Assembly: GCA_002269645.1 (NCBI GenBank)
Contig: NIVC01002712.1
Span: 62,001-126,000, forward strand
DNA from: Macrostomum lignano
Lineage: Eukaryota
DNA: 64,000 nt
Reading direction: 5' to 3'
Below are positions 24,201 to 37,300 of this stretch, one piece after another. Every line of letters begins with the position of its first letter. Within the stretch, counting starts at the first letter, position 1. A model generated the notes under the pieces. The model ran no database searches, was not told the origin of the DNA, and saw only the letters and a program-made list of their open reading frames with translations. The translations under genes and the position numbers were made by a program.

Positions 24201-27200
24201 ATGCGCAATCATTTAATCAATCATTTAATCAACCAAACATTTACTCTCAGCACTTTTCAACGCACCACAACAGCAACCTATTCTAGCAAGCAGCAGCTAA
24301 AACAACCAAAATTAACTGAACAAACTAAAAAACAAAGTTACGATCCGTACATCACTGGCAGCATTTTAAATAAGGAAATAGTTTATCTATTAGACACTGG
24401 CAGTAATAGAAATATCTTAGGACGCGAAACCTGGAAGCATCTTTTCACTGGCAAGAATAGGCATCTAATTAAGCATTGGGACAATAGAATTGTTTCTTTT
24501 ATGGAAGAGCCTATTCCAATTAAGGGTTTCGTAGTTATTAAGGCAACATTTGGCGATTTTGAAGAAGAAGTTGAGTTTCTCTTATGTGACGCAGATGTAG
24601 ACAATGTAATAGGTGTGACGTTTGTCCAAAATTATTGTACTACTATTGACTTCGATGCAGGAATGCTGACCATGAAACAAGGAACTAGAATTCCGCTTCG
24701 ATCAACCAGAGCTAAGCCTCAGGTTAGGAGAATCTATGTCGCAGAAAAAACGACAGTTTCAGCCAATAGTTCAGGATTAGTCAAGGTCAGATTAGCAGCA
24801 GGTAGTGAAACTAATTTCGGAGTGCCATCAGTTATTGAGCCACTCAGATCAGGATTGAAGACTAGAACAGAGAAAGTAACCGTAGTGCCAAGTTTAGTAA
24901 CTCTAAGACAAGGGGAAGCTTATTTAGAAGTAATTAACACCAGTTCACAGGAAGCTAGAGTACCAGCATCAGCATTAGTTGGGATGGCTAAACCACTCTT
25001 AGCTAGCGAGCTTAACTATCTGAAGGAACAGCCAGAAGAAGAGCAGAATAAGAGCACGCAGTCTTGCGGAAGCAGAGAAAAGATCAGTCAGGTACAGGAG
25101 AAGTCAGAAGACTGGATTAGTGAGATTAACATAGGAACTGAACTGACTCAGGAACAGAGACAAAAGGTGATCGAGGTCGTCAAGGAACATTCAGCAGCTT
25201 TCTCGCAGCACGAGTTAGACTTAGGCAGAACGCATTTAGTCACACATGAAATTATCTTGAAGGATAACAACCCAGTTCAGATACCAGCTAGGAAAATTCC
25301 ACCTCATTGGATCAAGGAGGTAGATGAACAGTTAGATCTCATGTTGGCTAGAGGCATCATTAGGCCTAGTTACTCGCAGTACTCGACTCCATTAGTCATA
25401 GTACCTAAGAAAGACGGTTCGCTGAGATTAGTTAACGACTATCGAGCACTAAACAATAAATCGGAGTACTTTCCGTATCCAATAACTAATATCAATGAAA
25501 CATTTTCATGTCTCCATGGAGCCAGTCAATTTTCTACGTTAGATCTATTTTCGGGATATTATCAGATAGCTCTTAGGGAAGAAGATAAGTGCAAGACTAG
25601 CTTTCCAACTTTACATCGAGGCTCGTTTGAGTACGAAGTATTGCCAATGGGACTGCAAGGAGCCCCAGGAACTTTTCAAAGGTGCATGAACTTAGTTCTT
25701 AAGGACATTGCACAAAAGTTCGCCATAGCTTACTTAGACGATGTAATAGTTTATAGTGCAGACTTTGAATCGCATTTAGAACACCTGAAAGAAGTGCTCA
25801 AGAGACTAATCAAGCTAACATGAAACTAAAGGCTAAGAAATGTCACCTTTTCAAATCAGAATTACAATATCTAGGACACGTCATAGGCAAAGCAGGAATT
25901 AAGAGAGATGCGTCGAAATTAGAATCAATTAGGAACTGGCCGAAACCTAAATCTGTGACAGAGCTTCGAAGTTTTCTCGGACTCTGTAATTACTATAGAA
26001 AATTCGTTAGAGATTTTGCCGAGGTAGCAGCACCACTCTGTGAGCTAACGAAGAAGAACATCAAATGTATCCAGGACAAATGGACCAGGATCCATGATGA
26101 ATGCTTCGAGTTGTTGAAGGAACGGATGTGTTCCGAAGAAGTGCTTGCTTACCCAGAGTTCAATACAGACCCCCAAGTTTATTTTGTGTTAGACACTGAT
26201 GCATCAAATGTCAGAATTGGGGCGGTCTTGAATCAAGTTCAGAGCGACGGCATAGAAAGACCGATCGCGTATTATAGTCGGAAGATGAGGCAGTCAGAAA
26301 CTAGATATCCGATTACGAGGAAGGAGCTTCTAGCGATTGTTGACTCGCTGAAGTACTTTAGATTTTACCTCGTAGGAAAACATTTTAAGGTGCGCACTGA
26401 TCACAATGCCCTAACCTGGTTGCTTCGCCAAACCGAACAGACAGGCATTTTAGGTCGTTGGATCGAAAGACTTTCCGAATTTGATTTTGAGATAGAACAT
26501 AGGAGTGGCCCTAAACATGTGAATGCTGACGCTCTATCCAGGATCCCTGATCCTCAACCGGAAGAGATGTCCCCACATGCCAGGTCGCTAAGCTGTAGGG
26601 CAACTGTGAATACAGACCCAGCATCAGCTTTTACTGTCAGCTCAGGCAATTCCGCGTTCGCTGAAACCTGTAGCTCGAGCAGTGGAGTTCCGTCATGCTG
26701 TTCGTCACAAGACACTGTCACGAACCGACACAATACTCCGATCTTTAGTAGCAGTAGGCTAGACAATAGACAGGGACAGGAGCCTAAAACCGGAAATCCG
26801 CCTGCATGCAATGCCCTGCTCAGTGACTATCTCCGTAGCCCAGTTCGCCGTGACCAATTGATCGCAGCACAGCTAGCCGATCCGGCGGTAGGCTTTGTTA
26901 GAAATTTAATTGAGAATGACTCGCCTAAACCGACATTTCAAGAACGACTAGAGTTAACCCACGACTGTAGGAACCTCTTAGGTTACTATGAGTTGCTCAG
27001 AATTGAGGACGGCGTACTCAAAGTAGACTTATCTATGGGGCAGACTGATCCAAAGGTAGTGTTGCCCAAGTCTCTGGATAGTGAAGTCTTTCACCAATTC
27101 CATGATTCACCGTTAGCGGGACACCTAGGTCGAGATAAAACTTATCAGAGAATTAAAATTCGATTTTGGAGGCCAGGATTAGCAACAGCAGTTGAGCGCT

Positions 27201-28654
27201 ACGTAGCCAAATGTAAATCGTGCTTAGAAAGTAAGACTAGAAGAAGATTTAGGGCACCAATTCAGAACTATCCTGTAGTCGAACCGTTCGGTAGATTGCA
27301 CATAGATCTAATAGGACCTATTGGCCAAACTAGCAAATCAGGAAACAAATATGTACTTTCAGTCATAGACAGCACTAGCAAGTTTCCATTCGCATTCGCA
27401 ATTAGGAATCAGAAGGCTAAAACAGTTATCAAAATTTTACAAGAACGGGTTTTCGCTGATTTTGGGATTCCACAATGGATTCACACAGACCAGGGAACAC
27501 AGTTCACTGGTAGGGCCTTTAAGAAATTTTTAGACCTCTATGGCATTAGACACACTCGAACAACTAGTTATCATCCGCAGAGCAATGGCTTAGTAGAAAA
27601 CCTTAATAAGCAGATTAAATCAATTCTCACCTGTTTACTGGAGAAGGAGCATTCCAACTGGGACGTTCTGTTGCCAGGTTGCATAACAGCTCTGAGAACC
27701 AGCACGCACACTGCCACAGGATTTAGTCCGCACTATTTAGTCTTTGGACGAGAGGCCAGAATGCCCTGTGACAATGAGCTGAATGAGCCAAAGCAGTTTC
27801 AGGACCTGCCATCTTATGTCCAGGATCATCAGCAGAATCTGCAGGAAGGCCAAGAACTAGCAAGAAAGAGATTAAAATTAGTGCAACAAAACCGTGAGCA
27901 GGAGTACTCTAATAAGCCTAAGCCGAAAACATTGCCTGTAGGAAGCTTAGTATTTATCAATAATCCAGTAATTGCTAACACAGAAGCTAACAAATTTCAC
28001 AGAAAACAAAGGTCAGTTTACGAAATTGTAGAACAACTATCAGAAGTAGTCTTTAAGATCAGACCAGTTACCAAAAATAAGAAGGCTAGGAAGGAAGAAC
28101 TTATTATGCATAGGGATAATTTAATGAAGGTACCACAAGCAGATTATCAGGAAGAAGAAGCTAGTACTAAGCCAAAAGAGCAGAGGAAACAGCACAATAG
28201 GGAACAGTTAGCCAATAGTCAGCCGAATGTGTACAATGACTCAGAAAGTGAAGACGAGTACGAAGACGCAGTGCAGTTTATGCCAGTGCAACATCAAAAT
28301 AATGAGCAGTTTATGCCGGTGCAGCATCAAAATAATGAGCAGTTTATGCCAGTGCAACATCAAAATAATGAGCAGTTTATGCCAGTGCAAAATCAAAATA
28401 ATGTGCAGTTAGTGCCAAATCAACAAGTGCAGCATCCAAATAATAATCAAAATAATTTAGTAGGTGTACAAGGAGTTATGCCGGTACAATTAAATAATAA
28501 CAATAATAATCTAGGGATTAATTTAGAAGCTAGGCCAGCTAGAGAGCGTCATGCTCCAGATAGATTAACTGTCAGGCCAAACCAGAAAAGTTATGTACAG
28601 AGGATAGCGGAGTTGTTTAACCCATTTAACCTCTTGCAGCCGAAATCCCAATAA
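24201..28654 (+). CDS. pol: Pol (aspartic protease, RT, RNase H, integrase), split by a 1-bp deletion near 25814
   Basis: LDTGS protease, YLDD RT, LDTDAS...RKELLAI RNase H, HHCC and DDE integrase (HIDLIGP, TDQG, NGLVE). Restoring one G gives KANMKLKAKKC. Confidence 0.95.
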
Positions 28655-28657
28655 ATC

Positions 28658-29380
28658 ATGGCCGAAGCCCCTCTTCGGGTGTATCCAAGGAAACGCATCT
28701 ATGGCCAAGGAAGAAGACAGGAGCAAGATGAGAATGAGCCCCCGCGAATTAGGGCCGTACAATTGGCAGAGCGAGGAGAAGAACATAAGAGGCGGAAATT
28801 AGAGCAACCGGAAGAGAGCGGTGAGCCCGAAGGAAAACTGGTCGTGGACATAGACTTGGAAGAGTTGGAAAGGGAGACGGAAAGAGAGGAAGAAGCGTTC
28901 CGAGAGGAGATGGCCAGATTCATGGAAGAGGTGCGACAGTATGAGGAAGGAAGCCAGCAGGAAGATGGATTAGAGGAAGAAGAAGAGCGACAGCAACCAG
29001 CAGAGGAGCCAGCCGAGCCGCAAGTAGACCCAGAGGAGCAAAAGAGGAAGTTTCGACGCTGCCGCCGGGCCCTCAAGAAGTACATACTAAGGACGGGTAA
29101 GACCGGTATGTTCGAAACCGAATTACCCGAGGCCTGCGCGTGTTTCTTAACGACAGCAACCAAGGAGGAGGCAATTAAGTGCTACGAAATAGCCTGTACC
29201 TATTGCCTCCAATATGCGGAAAGTAACGCACGCGGCCCCTTCAGTATGAGCGTCACCATGGAGCAACTAGAGTTCTTGGCGGGAAAATTCGACCCGGAGC
29301 GCCAAATGATCCCGGTCAACGGCTTGTTGTATGCATCGGCGCAAAACACTAATAATCTTCGGCCTGTACACGACATCTAA
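28658..29380 (+). CDS. Gypsy extra ORF3, 240 aa; acidic/basic N-half and Cys-containing C-half; not env-like
   Basis: Intact ORF inside the LTR boundaries, starting 3 nt after the pol stop with ATCATGG context; no signal peptide or TM segment visible. Confidence 0.75.
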   Translation: MAEAPLRVYPRKRIYGQGRRQEQDENEPPRIRAVQLAERGEEHKRRKLEQPEESGEPEGKLVVDIDLEELERETEREEEAFREEMARFMEEVRQYEEGSQQEDGLEEEEERQQPAEEPAEPQVDPEEQKRKFRRCRRALKKYILRTGKTGMFETELPEACACFLTTATKEEAIKCYEIACTYCLQYAESNARGPFSMSVTMEQLEFLAGKFDPERQMIPVNGLLYASAQNTNNLRPVHDI

Positions 29381-29899
29381 CTAGAGTAATCGAACTGCAT
29401 TTTACTATATAGTGGCTATTTTTTTTTACCATCTCTTGGGACAAATTGCATTAAATCGCTGCCTTGCTTTAATCATAGCACTTCCTTTTTACACAAGGAC
29501 CTGTCCACATTTTACGTTGCGTGCAGTTTTCTAATTTTGATATGTCTACATGTCATTCTTAATAGTGCCAACATGACTCAATCCGATGCTAATAAGACAC
29601 ACACCACTTATGCTTATATCTTGTTGTTGTAGTGTGCTAAAAAATTTTTTTTTGTGTTTTGTTTTAGCAATATAGCAATATGCAACTTAATAACAATAAT
29701 TCATTATATATCCTGCATTGTACTCTAATTGTCTAGGAATTCATGTTTACGCATTACATTTTCATATTCATAATAGTTGCTTACTTAATCCCTATATTCA
29801 GTACATCGCTGATAAGCGCATTGATACTTATTACGTAACTCAATTTGTGTTAATAAATATAATCATCAATGTACAAAAGGGGGTTTTGCACATTTGTTT

Positions 29900-29912
29900 A
29901 GCGAGGGGGAGG
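29900..29912 (+). promoter_or_regulatory. Polypurine tract AGCGAGGGGGAGG
   Basis: Immediately precedes the 3' LTR. Confidence 0.85.
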
Positions 29913-30487
29913 TGTAGTAGGGCATTATTTTAGAAACGGAAATTTTTCAGGTTTAGATATGCTTTTACCCTACTATCAGTAGTTTCAACCCGGGGAAATA
30001 ATTAGAGCGGGGTTAAGTGGATAAAATTGGGGTTCCTTTAGAACTACAGAGCAGTTGGGCTCTCGGGAAAGAAAACTCGGACCTTCGTTGGAGTGTCTTC
30101 TCCTGTTTAAACTTAGAGAGTTCACGAAGAAGTGGTAAGGAAAGGGAAATATAAGGGATAGGCTTGCACTGAGGAGTCTTGCCTCTAAAAACTGGGAGTC
30201 TTGCCCAAGCACTATAACGGGAATAAGGAAATAGGGAATTAATGTAAAGCAAAACTAACTTTTGTACCGTAATTCACTTTTCTATTATAAAATTTATTTT
30301 TTTTGTGTTAACTAAATCCAAATTGGTGTCCTGACTTGGTTCTTTAAGCCTAAAGCTAGAATTAAGGAACAGCAGGAACCTGGTGGCAGCGAACTACCAA
30401 ACATTAAGCAGTACCACAGATAGCAATCCGCTCATAATCCTTAGCAATAAGAACCAGTAGCTTAGCCGCGGTTACACGCCCATTCCA
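29913..30487 (+). repeat. 3' LTR
   Basis: Copy of 22035-22609. Confidence 0.97.
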
Positions 30488-30664
30488 GTAGGAAGACTCA
30501 AATTTAGGAAATTGAAAAGTAGCCTAAGACATTTTCCGTAGTAAGTTTAGGGTGGGTGTAAAGTTTGGTGTATTTTGGTTGAGCGGTTTGGGAGTCCATA
30601 GCGAACGAAATTGTCCACAGACACACAGACAGACAGACAGAGTTTTGATTTTTATATGTAGAGA

Positions 30665-31529
30665 CAAGCTGTTGAAACCCGCGGATTTTGAACCCGGGGA
30701 ACTCCATTCCCAGAATTATTTTTGCATGTATTTTAAAATCTGAGGTCAAACTCAAACAAAAACTTGTTTATAGTTGGGACAGAGTTAAACATAAAATAGA
30801 GTACATTCGTGTAAAATTAGGATTTGAGGCAAACATTTATATTGTTGGCTGGGGTGCTGCGCAGAATGTCAGGCAAACTCTGGTCTCTGCCTCTCCATTT
30901 GTCCCTTGGATCCTTTGAAACTTCTACAGTATCTTCTCTTCTGTTTCCTATCTTCTCTCTCGTCTCTCGTCTCCCCTCTCCCCTCTATTCTTTTCTCTCT
31001 CTTAGCCTCTCCTCTCTTCTCTCTTTCTCTCTCCTGGCCTCTCCTCTCTTCTTTCTGGTCTCTGATCTCTGATCTCCTTTCTCTTCTTTAATCTCTTCTC
31101 ATTTCTCTCTGCTCTCTACTCTCTCTTCTCTCTGCTCTCTACTCTCTCTTCCCTCTCCCCTCTTCTCACTCCTTACTCTACCCTCTCTCAACACTTCCCT
31201 CATCTCTCCTCTCTCCTTTTTCCTCTCTTCTCTTCTCTAAACTCTCTCCTCTTCTGCCCACTCTCTCCTCTTCTGCCCACTCTCTCCTCTTCTGCCCACT
31301 CTCTCCTCTTCTGCCCACTCTCTCCTCTTCTGCCCACTCTCTCCTCTTCTGCCCACTCTCTCCTCTTCTGCCCACTCTCTCCTCTTCTGCCCACTCTCTC
31401 CTCTTCTGCCCACTCTCTCCTCTTCTGCCCACTCTCTCCTCTCATCTCTTCCCTCACCTCTCGTCTCTCTCGTCTTATTTTATCTTCTCTCTCTTATCTT
31501 TTCTCATTTCTCTCTGCTTTCTCTCCTCT

Positions 31530-31567
<38 letters not shown>

Positions 31568-33741
31568 CTCTCTCTCTCTCTCTGCTCTCTCCTGTCCTGT
31601 CCCATCTCTCTTCTTTCTAATCTCTCCCCTCTTTCCTCTCCTCTCTCGTCCTTTCCGCCAATTTCCCCTGTCCTCTCGATTCTCTTCCCTTCCCTCCTCT
31701 CTCCTCACTCACTTCTCATCTCTCCCTTGTCTCCACCTCTCACCTCATTTCTTATCTATCTCTCCTCTTTTCTCTCTACTCTCCCATCTCTCGTCTGTTC
31801 ACTCTCGTTTCTGCTCTCTCATCTCCTTTCTCTCATCTGTCATCTTTACTCTTATATGTTCTCTCCGGTGTAGTCTTCTCTTTCCCCTCTTCTGACTCCT
31901 CTCTTTCCTTACTTCTCTTTCCTCTCCTCTACTCTCTCCCTCTATTCTCTTCTCTCGTCTTTGCACTCTGCTCTCTCTTCCTTCATCTTTCATCTCTATT
32001 CTTTCAGCTTTCCTTTCATCTCTCTCATCTCTTTCCTCTATCCTCCTCTTCCCTTTACTCTATCATCTCTCCTTTCTCCTCTCTTCTTTCGCAACTCGAT
32101 CTCATCTCTCTCCTCTCTTCTCACTCCTCTCTCCCCCTCTTATCTCCTCTCTTCTCTATCCTTTCTAATCGCTCCTCTCAATCCTCTCTCATCTCCTCTC
32201 TGTTCTCTCTTGTCTACTCATCTCTACTCTCTTCTCTACCCTCCTCTCTCATCTCCTCTCTGTTCTCTCATGTCTACTCATGTCTACTCTCTTCTCACTC
32301 TTTTCTACCCTCCTCTCTCATCGATTCTGTCTCATCTCTTAACTCTTCTTTTTCCCTCTTCTCACCTCTACTCTTTCCTCTCCCTCCTCTATCCCTCCTT
32401 TCGCTTCTTCCTCCCATATTCTCTGCTTTCTCCTCACCCCCTCGTCTCTCTTATTATTTTCTATCTTCTCTCTGATCCTCCTCGCCCCTCCGCTCTTTCT
32501 AATAGTATATTCCTTCACCTTTTCATTCTCATATGGCCCGCAGCCATGAGCTTGATTCTTTATCTGGCCTTTGACGTAAAAAATCTGCCGATCCCTGCTT
32601 CGAAAGCCAGTTTGTGGGACATAGTACTATCATGGTTGTTATCATTTCTCATGCTTTAATCACGTCATTTTTCTGGTCAATTAGCAGCCCTGAGAGGAAT
32701 TTGTATATTTTCAGCTCCACCACAACAGTCTGCAGCAGTCTAACAACCATGGAAATACGCATTTCTTAGGAGGCCATTTAAATTTTAAAGTACCTTATGC
32801 GAATCTTAATGTTAAAATTTTCATGGTGTAGGATTGCATTGTAATCAGTTATTCATTAATTTTTCGATATTTTTACAAACCATGCCACATCGCCTTGATT
32901 TGCCATCCTTGTTTAACTGCTGCAGACTTGTCTATTCAGAGGACAGTGGTTTGAAATTGAATCTCTCGCTAAACTCTCTCCTCTCCACGCCTCTCCACTC
33001 GCGGGGGTACAGAGAAGGCTATTATTAAAAAGTTATTCCAAAACACTGTACATTCGCTACATGTACATTGAGCCCTATCGCCTGACCCTTCGTCTGGGCT
33101 GGCGCTGGGGAAGTGAGCAGCCCAAACAACAGAAAAAGCAAACAAACTTCACATGCTTACAGTTTCCGTCCTGATTGAGATACAGAGTTGAGACTTTACA
33201 TTTAAACAGAGAATGAGTCAATGAAGAATTGTGTCAAGTTTGAAGTTAATCGCTTCACATGGAGCAAACTTATGGCAGCCGAAAGTTAGTAGTTTTAAAA
33301 CCTATTTACACCCTTTGCCCAGATCGGGAGAGGTTGGCGGGCGGAGGTTGGGGTGGCTGCCTCGCTGAAAAAACAGCCAAACTTTAAAAGTGCACAGCAC
33401 CGCTCAGGATTAACTTTGAGACTCGAAATTTTACATGATTGTGCCAAAATAGTTTAAGATTATCTGTGTCAAATTTAAAGAGAATCGGTAGAAGTGGAGC
33501 GGCGCTATGGAGCATTTAGTGAAAAAATCGCGCATTTTGAGAAGTTTTTTGCACTTTTAGGTAGGAAGACTCAAATTTAGGAAATTAAAAGGTAGCCTAA
33601 GACATTCTCCGTAGTAAGTTTAGGGTGGGTGTAAAGTTTGGTGTCATTTGGTTGAGCGGTTTGGGAGTCCATAGCGAACGAAATTGTCCACAGACACACA
33701 CACAGACACACACACAGAGTTTTGATTTTTATATGTAGAGA
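30665..33741 (-). mobile_element. Non-autonomous Helitron, copy A (3.08 kb), head-to-tail with copy B
   Basis: 5' TCTCTACATATAAAAATC preceded by A; 3' hairpin plus CTTG abuts the 5' TC of copy B; the reconstructed empty site of the pair is A|T. Confidence 0.75.
30920..32500. repeat. CT-rich tract inside Helitron A, including a 19-bp tandem repeat (~31244-31440)
   Basis: Polypyrimidine sequence; CTCTCTCCTCTTCTGCCCA x~10. Confidence 0.95.
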
Positions 33742-34375
33742 TTATGTTACAAATGAGTAAGGAGCATGTGTACATGTACAGGTGCTGACAGAGGGCTACT
33801 AATGCGCTTGGAATCAACTTCGACACGACCCCGTAGTGGCCTACACGAGTTCGACCTAGAGAAAGCCTAAAGTAAGTACTCTAAAACATGTCATCCTTTG
33901 ACTGTGGCCAAACAAATCAGTCAGTTGAGTCGAGCTCGAAGTGACGGCGGGCTCACTCGGACACGACCGGATCATGTATCCCTGTACGCCGGAACAAATT
34001 CAGGCGTCAAGGACTGACTTTGTACGCCAGTGTACGCCAGCCAGATTCCAGTTTTACGCCAGTAGAGCGACCGGGGGGGTGGGGGTGTACCACTGCGGAT
34101 CCGACAACAAAGGATTAATTTAGGATCCTAACCCTAACCCCCTAACCCTAAATATGTTTCTTTCACTTTTCACAGTATTTGCCATAACTTAAGATTCATA
34201 TGGCATTTTTATTATACTTAAAAATCTTTTTTTAAATTGGCAACTGGCATGGGGAAATGAAGTTGCCAGATTGGCTTCTGATGCCAAAAATCCAATTGCC
34301 AATGACATTTTCAAGGGGCCAAGAAACCCCATATGGCCCAAAAAATAAATCCAGGTGACAAAACTGTTAAAAGTG

Positions 34376-37300
34376 TTAAGTAGCCTCGGGTGCCGCGCCG
34401 ACGAAGTCGCACTTCGAGGTCTCCTTCTTGCGCCTGTCGAGTACCTTGCTGACCGTGTAGGTCGTAGCACGCCCGCTCGTAAAAAAAGGTAACCGGTGCC
34501 TCCGGCCGGGGGTGTCGCCGTAGCCTTTTAGATACAGCGGAACGGCATCGTCCAGCAGGCGCTCGCACGCGTCGCTGCCTAGCGGCGGCAGCATCCAGCG
34601 GAGCCTGGTCCGCAGCTGCAGGGTGTCGTTAGACTGACGACCATGCTGCTGCTGGGACCGCATCGTCGCATAGAAGGACTCCGCGATGGCCTCTGAAAAA
34701 GCATATGGTTTTTAGGGTGCTGCCTTTACAAAAGGGTACCAAAACAATAAGCTAATAAGGGACTTAGTCATTGATCATAGATCATTTTTCTTATTTCTTT
34801 AAGTCGCAGTGCCGCATATTGTTACACTGAATTCCACGTTAGCCAACTGTTACGGATCCGTACTAAAACGAAATACTTCTGACCATGGGAACTTAGTGCA
34901 GTGCAATGCGCGCATGTATCGGTTAGCTACTGTAAGCCAAAATAATGAAAACTGCAAAGTCTCACTCACCAGTGCCGCCCCGATTGAGCGCAGTCTAGCA
35001 GCGCACACGACTGCTGGCCGGCGCGGCGGAACACGCGGGGATCGACATAAAATGACTTTATAACTTTCTCCTCGTTGAGGGTAGTGGTGAAGTCCACCCC
35101 GGCATCCGTCTTGCCTGCCAGCCGCAGCTTCATATCCGCTGGGCTGCGCGCCGGGGCCAGGCGCAGCTGCGAAATAGGGCCCTCGACATCGGGCTCTAGC
35201 CAGCCCTCCCGGCCCTCTCCAGAGCAAATGACCTGATGGTGTGGTACAGGTTTTGTGGGTCCAATCATCCAATGTGCCTTTTGATAGCCCCGAGGTGCGT
35301 GGAAAAATACCTGACTATTATAAAAGGGGTAGTCAAATGTCCTGACTGTCTGAATCACCATGCAATAAGCGTACAAACATAGTCATAGTAAAGGCTTTGA
35401 ATTGGTATGCTAGGTTCTTACTTCTTGCCTATGTCGGTTATATTGCACACATTTAGTATTGCGCGTCAAGCATATATGCAAGTATTTCACGCTAGGTACT
35501 TTAGTACGTTTGCTAACATTTCAGGCTTTCGATATAGGAAGTACCAATCCATAACAATACGCTTACGTGGTGGATGGTGTCCACGTAGCCTTCCACGTAC
35601 TTTCTCGCCAAACAGGGGTCCAAATCGGAGAGGCAGGAAAATTGGCTGGCCTGCTGGACGAGGCACTCGGCTGCCGGCGATCGGCAAAACTGCTCAACGG
35701 CCCGGTCCATAGCGGCTTTTGTCGGGGCTGCCAGCAGTTCGACAGCCTCTACGGGGTCCATTGAGGCGCAGTCGACAAGGCTGGAGTGGAGGCAACGGTC
35801 CATCCGAGAAACCAACGCGCGATGAAGGGCCGCGGCCAGAGCCACCATCTGCGCCTCCATGTCCTAGATGATGGGGAAAAGATATGGTGGCTACCTGCGT
35901 GGCTGCCTTCCAATGTGGCAGCTGGGTGTCCTGTGCAAAAGATTATTGGACAGTAGAACTTGAGATTTGCTGCTTAGAAAAGTCAGAGTACTGATTTCTC
36001 CTTGCTCGCATAACTGTAACCCATGAGGCCTAGCAATATAAATCCCAAATGCATCTGTACTAATCTAGTAGGAGCCTTTAATATTAAAAATATGCAATTC
36101 GGCCCAAATGGTACCTGCGCGAGCGTCATCAGAGCGCAAACTGGGGCCAAGAGGTCCAGCATACACAGCAGGTCAAACACGAAATCGCTCCCAAAAAGCT
36201 CATATTGAAGAGGTGCATTGTCGGAGCAATCGAAGCCCTCCTCCTCAAATGCAGCGTAGAGCTCGGAATACGCATCCTCGATGGTCTTCCACTGGGTGAT
36301 GGCGGAGCTGAGGAAGCGCTGCATGGCGAAGCTCGAAACTGCGCGCGCTGTGCCCTCCGAGACGGCCTTGATTACGGTGGGAGGAATAAACTCCTTTATA
36401 TACATGCATATACTATACATATGCGTGCGTTAAAATGTCCAGTGCGAGTTTACATGATTCTTAACGCAAAAGAGAACCGTTGCTTACCTCAAGAGCAGCG
36501 AATCCTCGACCTCGACCGAAGTGGTGCGAGAACAGGTTCGCCCGGTGCACGAACCGCTTCATAGTAGTGGCCTCCGGTCCGCTGCCGCTGCGGACGTCGG
36601 TAATAGCCAAATTGATGAAATGGGCGACATCCCAGACGATGGGGATGTCCTTGTTGCCCCCCGACGTGGACAGGGTTTGGGCGACGGCCGTCTTGAAAGG
36701 CTCGGACTGGTACTGTCCATCTGCCACAATAGAAACAAGCCGACCAAGTGGGGCGTTGAGCTTGGCGAGGCAGCCGAATAGGCGGTTCGCGAGAACGGGA
36801 CCTGTCATGTTGTGGAATTAAGGGCGGGCACGACCAGTACTTACAGGTCTTATCCCATAATGTCTTAAGGATGTAGGCTGCCCCACAATCTTAGTCTTAA
36901 GAATATATGGCATTAAACAGTCCTACCTGAGCCGTCCATGTCATCCTGGTATACAGCTGGCGCCCCAGCTGGGATGGAAATGGCATTCCCCGTAGTTGAG
37001 CGACACAGGAGGAGGACGGCCTGGTTGGTCACTCGTCCAGGCGTGCTTTTGTCGCATGTAACGCAAAAAATGGGGGGCGTCCAGTTGACGGCAGCGGCTG
37101 CTGCAGGAATTTCGTTGTGGTCTTGTCCAGACAGACGTCGAACAAGTCCCAGAGCTCACGGCCGAAATCCCTGAGTGGAAACAGACAGCAGAGGTAGGGT
37201 AGACGGCCGAATATTACGAAAAAATAGACATTTGACGTTGCACTCACTTTCCGTGGCAGATCTGACCCACGTCGCACTTGCATGCCGACAGCAGACAGAC

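Larger units (their letters stand above)
22035..30487 (+). mobile_element. Ty3/Gypsy LTR retrotransposon, full length, very recent
   Basis: 575-bp TG...CA LTRs with no differences seen by eye; 4-bp TSD GTAG (the empty site is present once in Helitron copy A at ~33560); PBS, PPT, gag and pol in PR-RT-RH-INT order. Confidence 0.97.
19419..30664 (-). mobile_element. Non-autonomous Helitron, copy B (~2.8 kb without the Gypsy insert)
   Basis: Minus-strand 5' end TCTCTACATATAAAAATC followed by a (GTCT)n microsatellite; 3' end has a GC-rich hairpin then CTTG; collinear with copy A. Confidence 0.75.

Noticed and set aside
28658-29380. ORF3 as retroviral env
   Set aside because: No signal peptide, fusion peptide, furin-site/TM layout or hydrophobic helix; highly charged.
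34126-34151. Telomere or chromosome-end signal
   Set aside because: Only ~4 imperfect CCCTAA units, internal to a transposon.
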